Source of the DNA: Candidatus Nanohalobium constans
GTDB lineage: Archaea; Nanohalarchaeota; Nanosalinia; Nanosalinales; Nanosalinaceae
Direction: 5' to 3'
Assembly (NCBI RefSeq): GCF_009617975.1
Contig: NZ_CP040089.1
Location: 300,001 to 332,000 of the forward strand
Length of the DNA: 32,000 nt
The notes beneath the pieces are model-generated. The model had not been told where the DNA came from. It did no database searches and worked only from the letters and a program-made list of their open reading frames with translations. Positions 1 to 6,041 of this stretch are shown here, piece after piece. The stretch's first letter is position 1; the number at the start of each line of letters is the position of its first letter. The translations under genes were made by a program, and so were the position numbers.

Positions 1-1
1 G

Positions 2-397
2 TACCTTCAAAGAAATGGAGACAGCATAGACGGAAACCTCGACATGAAAGGAAACTCCATCAACAACATCGGAGAAATAACCGGAAACAACAACATAAAC
101 AACAGCATACAATTCAAATCAAACAGCATAAACTTCAATCAGGATGGAGCAGGAACAATACTTAAACTCCAAGAAACAGGGCAAATCAACGCCACAAACT
201 CCAGGATTACAAATCTGAAAGACCCAAGCAATCCACAGGACGCAGCAACACAAAGCTATGTACAAAGCTACTCCAAAACCAACGACCAATACATAGGAAA
301 CAATAAGACACACCAAGTAGGCGGCAACATCAACATGACAGACCAAAACATCACCACAAACACCCAAAACCGGATATGCACAGGCAACCAATGCTAA
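2..397 (+). CDS. 5'-truncated fibre-like secreted/surface protein (last ~131 codons lie in the window)
   Basis: Frame 2 is open from the first base (YLQRNGDSIDGNLD precedes the first Met at 44) to TAA 395-397. The protein is N/T/Q/G-rich. It contains ITNLKDPSNPQDAATQSYV, which resembles the P-x4-DA-x-T/N-K/Q-x-YV motif I associate with phage/virus tail-fibre and spike proteins. Its G-N-x-I-x-N-x-G motifs recur in the next gene. Confidence 0.5.
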   Translation, partial: YLQRNGDSIDGNLDMKGNSINNIGEITGNNNINNSIQFKSNSINFNQDGAGTILKLQETGQINATNSRITNLKDPSNPQDAATQSYVQSYSKTNDQYIGNNKTHQVGGNINMTDQNITTNTQNRICTGNQC

Positions 398-409
398 AAA
401 ACTGATACT

Positions 410-2047
410 ATGACAGACGAAATCCAAGAAATAGTAGACGACCAAGAAAAAGCAGACAAACTACAGCAAATAATAGAGAAAAAAGTCCAAAAAGAAGTAC
501 AAAAAACAGTAAAAAACCTGAAACAATCAGAAGAGTCCAAAGAAAAAACAGAAAACAGTTCAGAAGAAGTTTCAAGACGCTCATTCTTAAAGAAACTGGG
601 AGCAGGAGCAATCGGCCTAGGAGCGGCCTCACTACTACCCTCCGCATCAGCATACAAAGTCAAAAGCGGTCACGGCTTCGATGTAACATCAGACGGAACA
701 GAATACTTCGATGTCGACCCTAGCGGAAAAGTCAAAGTCAAAAACGCAGCCCTACAAATTGACACAGGACAGTCAATTGAAGACAACAACGGAACCAAAG
801 CCATAAACCTCCTAGGAAACGGCAGCGTTGAGATTCCGATCGGAAACCTCCGCCTCAACAAAGGACAGTTCATTGAAGACGGAAACGGCACAGAAAGAAT
901 AGCAATTGACCCAAGCGCAGGATTTGGCACTCATATATACAACGACGATGGTAAATTTGCATTTAGAGCAGTAGGAAACTTTGGACAAGCAATCTACGCA
1001 AGAAGCAACGAACCAGTAAGAATCCAAGACAACGAAGGAGACTTTACAGCCGTCAAATATGACACCGACACAAGTGCTGGCGTGCTGAAAACACCGAACG
1101 CCGGAATAGTAGCACAAGACAACGGAACACCATCATCAGGAGCAGGTCTAGAATTAACATACACACAAAATAACGATGGACGTGTAACAGCATACGATAG
1201 AAATAACAACAACTACATTCCACTCTACCTACGAGGCTCAAGAATTGACTTCTCTGATACCCCTGCCAACCTCCGCCTCGCCACGGGACAGAGTATCGAG
1301 GATGGTTCTGGTACTGCACGGTTGGATCTCCACAATTATGGCACTGATATTAACAGCGAAGAGGGTTCAACAGGGATTCGCTTCGCTGAGGGAGAAGATA
1401 CATTCTTTAGAGTGTTCGGATCTAAACTTGAGGTTGATGATAATAACGGTGGCTTCATTGCCCTCCAATACACCACGTCATCCAGTGCACCTGGAACGTT
1501 GGAATTGAAGAATGCCAATCTCGACGCTGGGGGGAACGATATTACGAATGCTGGTTCGGTCAGTGCAGAGGAAATAGGTGCTGAACGGCATTTAGCTGAA
1601 GGGTTTGATGGGGCTGATCCTGATTCGCGTCTCGATGCTGCTCTATCAAATGCATCTGATGGTGATGTAATCTACCTTGAAAATGCTGAATACAGTGAGG
1701 TTAGGTCAATATCAGTGAGGGTCTCTCTCATTGGAACGGGGGGAATGGGGGGGGCTGGTACTACCATTAGTGCCGATTGGACGCTTTCTGGTATAGGGTC
1801 AATATTAGAGGCAGTCTCTCTATCAGGAGGGACTATAACGATCAATGGAGTTGCATCAAGAGTCGAAAACATTTATGGGTCAACATCTCAATCAGTAACT
1901 GTGGATGCCGACTATGTTGGTATTTACAATTGTTATAATGTTGATGTAACATTCCAAAGTAATACAAATGGCGGGATGGCAGATGGTCTCCGTAATTCAA
2001 CAACACCAACTGATAATGGGTCCAACACAATTGGAGATGTATCATAG
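410..2047 (+). CDS. Tat-signal secreted repeat protein with beta-helix-like C-terminal region
   Basis: ATG 410 to TAG 2045-2047, 545 aa. A canonical twin-arginine motif, SRRSFLKKLGAGAIGLGAASLLPSASA (nt 572-652), is preceded by a 55-aa K/E/Q-rich segment. There are three copies of an (N)LRLxxGQxIEDGxGTxR-type motif. The C-terminal part (DGDVIYLENAEYSE ... LIGTGGMGGAGTTIS) looks like the start of a right-handed beta-helix / pectin-lyase-fold domain. NLDAGGNDITNAG echoes GNLDMKGNSINNIG of the upstream ORF. Confidence 0.6.
   Translation: MTDEIQEIVDDQEKADKLQQIIEKKVQKEVQKTVKNLKQSEESKEKTENSSEEVSRRSFLKKLGAGAIGLGAASLLPSASAYKVKSGHGFDVTSDGTEYFDVDPSGKVKVKNAALQIDTGQSIEDNNGTKAINLLGNGSVEIPIGNLRLNKGQFIEDGNGTERIAIDPSAGFGTHIYNDDGKFAFRAVGNFGQAIYARSNEPVRIQDNEGDFTAVKYDTDTSAGVLKTPNAGIVAQDNGTPSSGAGLELTYTQNNDGRVTAYDRNNNNYIPLYLRGSRIDFSDTPANLRLATGQSIEDGSGTARLDLHNYGTDINSEEGSTGIRFAEGEDTFFRVFGSKLEVDDNNGGFIALQYTTSSSAPGTLELKNANLDAGGNDITNAGSVSAEEIGAERHLAEGFDGADPDSRLDAALSNASDGDVIYLENAEYSEVRSISVRVSLIGTGGMGGAGTTISADWTLSGIGSILEAVSLSGGTITINGVASRVENIYGSTSQSVTVDADYVGIYNCYNVDVTFQSNTNGGMADGLRNSTTPTDNGSNTIGDVS
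752..1333 (+). repeat. Intragenic peptide repeat, three copies (nt 752-811, 845-910, 1268-1333)
   Basis: The copies read LQIDTGQSIEDNNGTKAINL, NLRLNKGQFIEDGNGTERIAID and NLRLATGQSIEDGSGTARLDLH. Copies 2 and 3 share the identical 12-mer aacctccgcctc (845-856 and 1268-1279) and then use different synonymous codons. Confidence 0.7.
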
Positions 2048-2090
2048 TGACAAACGCCGAGTAGATATTTCATATGGTTAGAGAAGATTA

Positions 2091-2150
2091 GTTATTTTTT
2101 GCCCTGGTTTTGTTCTTTCTGTTTGTTTTGGTGGTTGCTTTTGTGTGAGG
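2091..2150 (+). terminator. Oligo-T / GT-rich putative archaeal termination zone downstream of 410..2047
   Basis: A T6 run at 2095-2100 is followed by repeated T3-T4 runs. The 60 nt from 2101 to 2160 contain only 2 A by hand count. The tract lies in the 154-nt spacer between convergent genes. Confidence 0.35.
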
Positions 2151-2175
2151 GTGTTGGTAGAGAAATGGTAGAGAG

Positions 2176-2182
2176 AAAAAAA
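2176..2182 (-). terminator. T7 run on the minus strand about 20 nt downstream of trxA
   Basis: A7 on the + strand at 2176-2182 equals T7 on the - strand, just past the trxA stop at 2202-2204. Oligo-T tracts are the usual archaeal termination signal. Confidence 0.35.
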
Positions 2183-2201
2183 TGACTGGGTAAATATTTG
2201 C

Positions 2202-2516
2202 TTATCTAGTATTCTCTTGGATCCAACTTTCCAGTTTTTGTTTTGGCATTGCTCCGCTTTTCCTTGCTATTTCTTCCCCATTTTTCATTATGAGTAGTGT
2301 GGGTAGTGCTCTGACACCTAACTGTGTGCCGAGGTCGTCGTGTTCTTCCATGTCAACTTTTCCGAAGTTTACTTCTTCTATTTCTTCGGAGACTTCCTCG
2401 TATACTGGTGCTAGTTTTTTGCATGGTCCGCACCATTCTGCCCAGAAGTCGATGACCCAGTATTCTTCAGAGTTTTGAACTTCTTCCATCTTCTCGGAAT
2501 CTATTTCTGTTGGCAT
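2202..2516 (-). CDS. trxA: Thioredoxin
   Basis: 104 aa with the WCGPC active site (FWAEWCGPCKKLAP) and typical thioredoxin length. A TATA-like tttttcttaa (reverse complement of 2540-2549) lies 24-33 nt upstream of the ATG. Confidence 0.9.
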   Translation of the reverse strand: MPTEIDSEKMEEVQNSEEYWVIDFWAEWCGPCKKLAPVYEEVSEEIEEVNFGKVDMEEHDDLGTQLGVRALPTLLIMKNGEEIARKSGAMPKQKLESWIQENTR

Positions 2517-2572
2517 ATGCTTTGATCAGTTGGACAGGCTTAAGAAAAACTTGGTGAAGAAAAGGTAAGCCC

Positions 2573-2704
2573 TTATTCTGCATCAATTTTGTAGTCTCTC
2601 ATCTTGAATTCTTCTCTTTCCTTCATTAACTGTTCTTTTACTTCTCCTATTTCTGGGTAGGAGCTGGAGAAGTCGGATAAATCTTGATTTTCTGATTCTG
2701 TCAT
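2573..2704 (-). CDS. Candidate 43-aa acidic micro-ORF translationally coupled to vapC
   Basis: It falls below the ORF-track length cutoff. Hand translation gives MTESENQDLSDFSSSYPEIGEVKEQLMKEREEFKMRDYKIDAE, ending at TAA (reverse complement of 2573-2575). Its ATG (2702-2704) overlaps the vapC TGA (2701-2703) as ATGA. I recognise no homology. Confidence 0.25.
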   Translation of the reverse strand: MTESENQDLSDFSSSYPEIGEVKEQLMKEREEFKMRDYKIDAE

Positions 2705-3078
2705 AGTTTGTAGTTAATGGTGTCTATTTCGAGTTTTTGGAAGTCTGTGTCTCGTGTAACCAGTTTTCTACCCGCGTTTTTAGCTTGCGCTGCAATCAGG
2801 TAGTCTATTTCTCCGATTTTCTCTCCTTTTCTGGAGAGTTTTCTGTACATTTCTGCAGCCACTTCCCCGTCTTCTGAGGTTAAATCAAAGATCTTATTCT
2901 GCTCAAGTTCTTTTCTGTTGAAATCAGAAATTTTAGATAACTCATAGAGTACTGTGCTTCCAGTAGTTATGGAGCTGGCTTTTTCCATTATTTCTACTGC
3001 TTTTTCTTCGCCTTTGAAGAGGTCTATCAGGAAGCTAGTGTCCGCGAAGTAATGTTTCTCTGTCATCGTCTTCTTCAC
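2701..3078 (-). CDS. vapC: PIN-domain ribonuclease toxin VapC
   Basis: 125 aa with an N-terminal FADTSFLIDL acidic motif and a C-terminal LVTRDTDF motif, both typical of PIN domains. It lies directly downstream of, and overlapping, a small antitoxin gene. An alternative start is the Met at 3066. Confidence 0.85.
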   Translation of the reverse strand: MKKTMTEKHYFADTSFLIDLFKGEEKAVEIMEKASSITTGSTVLYELSKISDFNRKELEQNKIFDLTSEDGEVAAEMYRKLSRKGEKIGEIDYLIAAQAKNAGRKLVTRDTDFQKLEIDTINYKL

Positions 3079-3265
3079 TTCTTTCTCTTTCTTCTTTCAG
3101 TTCTTCAAAACTTGTTTCTATTCCTTTTCCTACAATGTTCTCGAACTTCTGGTTCTTGTCTTCTGTAAGCTCCAGTATCACATCTGAGAAGCTCTTATTG
3201 TCATCTTTCAGAGCCTTCAGTCTGGAATATGCTTCATCTTTTACGGATATAGTCCTGGAACCCAT
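3035..3265 (-). CDS. vapB: VapB-type antitoxin (COG1753 / PF02697-like)
   Basis: 76 aa. The N-terminus RTISVKDEAYSRLKALKDDNKSFSDVILEL matches the archaeal putative-antitoxin family usually paired with PIN toxins. It overlaps vapC by 32-44 nt. The palindrome caatattg (3283-3290) and a TATA-like attgataaatc lie 20-33 nt upstream. Confidence 0.8.
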   Translation of the reverse strand: MGSRTISVKDEAYSRLKALKDDNKSFSDVILELTEDKNQKFENIVGKGIETSFEELKEERERSEEDDDRETLLRGH

Positions 3266-3337
3266 GTTCTGTGTATGTGTACCAATATTGATAAATCTTT
3301 TCTATGGAAAAAGAAGAAGTTGAAAGAAAGACATGTA

Positions 3338-4165
3338 TCACTCGTCTTCGTTGTTCATGTAGACGGTTCTGATTGGGTATGGGATGTCGATCTCGTTTTC
3401 GTCGTACTTCTCTTTGACGCCTTGTGTTACTTCGGAGGCTGCTTTAACCATGTTGGCTTTGGATGGCTTGGTCCATCCACGAAGTTTCAAGTTGACTGAG
3501 GATCCTCCTAGTTCGTTGACCAGTACTTGTGGTTCTGGTGTTTCTTCCACCATTTCGGCTTCTTCTAGGCTTTCCATTGCTAGCTCTGTTGCTGAGTCGA
3601 TATCGTCGTCGTATCCTACTCCGACTATTACTTCAAACCGTCTCTGGTCGTATGCTGTGTTGTTGATGACTGTTCCATTGTAGAGCTGGGAGTTGGGTAC
3701 GATTACTTTTCTGCCGTCGTATGTTTTGATGTCTGTAGCTCTTATTTTGATGTCTTGGACTGTCCCTTCTTCTCCCGAGACCTTGATTTGGTCTCCTACC
3801 TTGAATGGTTGTCCGATAAGTATCAGGATGCCGGAGATAAAGTTGGCGATCATATCTTTCAATGCGAATGAAAGACCTAATCCTATTAGGCCAACTGCTC
3901 CGCCAATAGAGGCTGCTGGAAGCCCGAAGACACCGAGGAATACTACAAATGTTAGTGGGTAGATTATGTAGGCTGTGACTTTTTGGGCAGCTATTATTGC
4001 GTGTTTGTCGCCTCCTCTACGGTTTATTCCCTGCTCAACTAGTTTGTTGGATATCTTGTTTGCGAACCATCCGCCTATCAGAACTAGTGCACCGGTTAGA
4101 AGGGTTGTCATCTGGATTTCGATTCCGAGGTTTGCAAGCTGGCTCTCCAGAATAGAGATTGTCAT
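3338..4165 (-). CDS. mscS: Small-conductance mechanosensitive channel (MscS family)
   Basis: 275 aa with N-terminal TM helices. The MscS beta-domain signature is present: GQPFKVGDQIKVSGEEGTVQDIKIRATDIKTYDGRKVIVPNSQL. Confidence 0.9.
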   Translation of the reverse strand: MTISILESQLANLGIEIQMTTLLTGALVLIGGWFANKISNKLVEQGINRRGGDKHAIIAAQKVTAYIIYPLTFVVFLGVFGLPAASIGGAVGLIGLGLSFALKDMIANFISGILILIGQPFKVGDQIKVSGEEGTVQDIKIRATDIKTYDGRKVIVPNSQLYNGTVINNTAYDQRRFEVIVGVGYDDDIDSATELAMESLEEAEMVEETPEPQVLVNELGGSSVNLKLRGWTKPSKANMVKAASEVTQGVKEKYDENEIDIPYPIRTVYMNNEDE

Positions 4166-4186
4166 GTCTCAAGTTTTTCCACTGCT

Positions 4187-4196
4187 TCTTAAATCA
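4187..4196. promoter_or_regulatory. Single TATA-like element centred in the 54-nt divergent mscS / E1 spacer
   Basis: ttcttaaatc lies about 24-30 nt from the mscS ATG (4165) and about 25-33 nt from the ATG at 4220. This spacing fits leaderless archaeal promoters in both directions. Confidence 0.4.
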
Positions 4197-4219
4197 ACTT
4201 CCCACTAAAACCCAACCAG

Positions 4220-5152
4220 ATGTACTCCCGATTCACCACGCTTCAAAACCACTCAGAAGAAGACCAGGAAAGACTGGAAAACTCCACAGCAGCAATAATA
4301 GGACTTGGAGCGACTGGGTCAGCTATAGCAGAAAACCTGGCTCGACACGGCGTCAATCTTATAATAATCGATAGAGACTATTTGGAGGAAAAAGATGCCT
4401 ACTCATCGAGCCTTTACACTCCGGAGCAGTGTGAAAAAGCTTTGCCTAAGGCCAAAGCAGCCGAAGATTATCTGAAACAGTTTACTGGGGTGGAGGCATA
4501 TTCTGAAAGCTTTAAGCCAGATAACACTGATCTGATTGAGGAAGCAGACATCATACTGGATGGAACGGATAATCTTGAGACTCGGCAGGTGATAAATGAT
4601 TACAGCAAAAAACAAGGAATACCTTGGATTTATACTGCGGCTATAGCTGAGAAAGCTTACTCGATGCCTATAATCGACAAATGCTTCAACTGTATGGTGC
4701 AGAAACCTCAGAAAGTAGCTACATGTGAGACAGATGGGGTCATGAGGGAGGTAGCTCGGGTAGCTGCTGCTAAATCAGTTTATAAGGCGGTTAAAATGCT
4801 TACCGGTTCTTCTGTTGATGAAAGGCTTGAACTTGTGGATAAAAACCGTTTCTTGAAAGTTGAAGATTCTGGGTGTGAAGTATGTGAGTCAGAAGTTTTT
4901 CCTCATCTAGATCAAACTGCCCGGGTATCTAAGCTGTGTGGACGAGGCAAGTATCAATTTGAAAAGAATATTTCGGATGAAAACATTGCTCAAGCAGTAA
5001 AAGCTGGGGAAAAACTAGCTGAGAACGATTATCTTGTCCGTATAGGCTATGAGGGGCGTGAAATCACTTTTTTTCGGTCTGGCAGGGTGATTGTCGAGGC
5101 TAGGGATGAGGGGCATGCCGAGTCTTTAATCTCTGAGGTAGCTGGAATTTAA
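4220..5152 (+). CDS. ThiF/MoeB/UbaA-family E1-like adenylyltransferase with an extra C-terminal domain
   Basis: The Rossmann motif IIGLGATGSAIAENLARHG is present. Two CxxC pairs (CFNC, CEVC) match the MoeB/ThiF zinc site, and ATCETDGV matches the catalytic-Cys region. About 88 extra residues follow the second CxxC. Confidence 0.8.
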   Translation: MYSRFTTLQNHSEEDQERLENSTAAIIGLGATGSAIAENLARHGVNLIIIDRDYLEEKDAYSSSLYTPEQCEKALPKAKAAEDYLKQFTGVEAYSESFKPDNTDLIEEADIILDGTDNLETRQVINDYSKKQGIPWIYTAAIAEKAYSMPIIDKCFNCMVQKPQKVATCETDGVMREVARVAAAKSVYKAVKMLTGSSVDERLELVDKNRFLKVEDSGCEVCESEVFPHLDQTARVSKLCGRGKYQFEKNISDENIAQAVKAGEKLAENDYLVRIGYEGREITFFRSGRVIVEARDEGHAESLISEVAGI

Positions 5153-5154
5153 AT
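5147..5154 (+). promoter_or_regulatory. TATA-like box upstream of the GTG start at 5180
   Basis: atttaaat lies 26-33 nt upstream of GTG 5180, the same spacing seen at other first-in-unit genes in this window. Confidence 0.35.
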
Positions 5155-5179
5155 CAATCCGGTCTACATTTTTGTATCT

Positions 5180-6004
5180 GTGGGATTAGAGACTGACTAT
5201 ATCGAGTACGGGGTACAGCTATCTCTGGCTGTTCTAGGCATATCAGCAAGTTACCTAATAGATTTCTCAACTCCTTCAACACTTCTAACACTGTTGTTCC
5301 TGCCTGTGCTCTACGGATACACAGCCTACATTTCCAGAGAAAGCTTCAACAAAGCCACGCTAACCACATTAATAACACCTATATTTGGGGTAGTTGGCGG
5401 TATAACAGCCTTACTGATCATACCTTACAGTATAGGGAACATTCTTGTCTCAATGCTCTCCGGAGGCGACCAGTTCAAAGACTTCTACGGTTCAACATCA
5501 ATACCGCTGCTTATAACAGGGCTTATAATAGGGACATCAATTTTTGCGTATGGAGCAGCAAACCCAGAGTTTAAACAGGATAAAGTTGACTCAGCAGCCA
5601 CGGAAATATCAAAAATCACGGAAGAAACCATAGAACGAACAGGCATGCTAGAAAACCAGAAAAACACACAGCTACAATCAATAAACCGTACGGCAAAAGC
5701 AGCCACAGAACTAACAATCCAAAAAGTCTACAACAAAACCAATCCCCAAAGAGAGACAGCAGAATCCCTAGAAGAAGCAAGGACCGAAGTACCAGAAATA
5801 ATCTACCAACAAACCCAGAAACAGTTCAACCAGAAACAAGTAGATCTCTCAAACCGGATCAAACCAATATTCAAAGACATGTTCGGAGGTCAAAAGTTCT
5901 TCATAATAATACCGCTAATAACAGGGCTTACATACAGCCTACAACCCTTAATAGGGATTCTAACAGGTATTTTCAGCAAAATATTCCTGAAATTCGGAGA
6001 GTAG
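5180..6004 (+). CDS. Hypothetical multi-pass membrane protein with a central Q/N/K/E-rich loop
   Basis: 274 aa with a GTG start. Several hydrophobic helices flank a hydrophilic segment of about 90 aa (QKNTQLQSINRTAKAATELTIQK...). I recognise no family. Confidence 0.5.
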   Translation: MGLETDYIEYGVQLSLAVLGISASYLIDFSTPSTLLTLLFLPVLYGYTAYISRESFNKATLTTLITPIFGVVGGITALLIIPYSIGNILVSMLSGGDQFKDFYGSTSIPLLITGLIIGTSIFAYGAANPEFKQDKVDSAATEISKITEETIERTGMLENQKNTQLQSINRTAKAATELTIQKVYNKTNPQRETAESLEEARTEVPEIIYQQTQKQFNQKQVDLSNRIKPIFKDMFGGQKFFIIIPLITGLTYSLQPLIGILTGIFSKIFLKFGE

Positions 6005-6041
6005 GTCACTAACTTAAAGTTCACAGATTACCTAAGGTAAC

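Noticed and set aside
395-412. The first two ORFs are in the same frame, separated only by TAA plus four codons. They could be one gene with stop-codon readthrough or a sequencing error.
   Set aside because: A fused protein would place the Tat signal hundreds of residues from the N-terminus, where it could not function. Two adjacent genes is the simpler reading. Same-frame adjacency has a one-in-three chance.
119-2045. Many 60-110 aa ORFs antisense to or out of frame with the first two genes (for example 119..445-, 394..663-, 812..1117-, 1245..1508+).
   Set aside because: They are shadow ORFs inside longer ORFs with recognisable protein features. Their translations are low-complexity (C/V/L/F-rich) and have no start-site signals. 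The same reasoning applies to the other overlapping short ORFs throughout the track.
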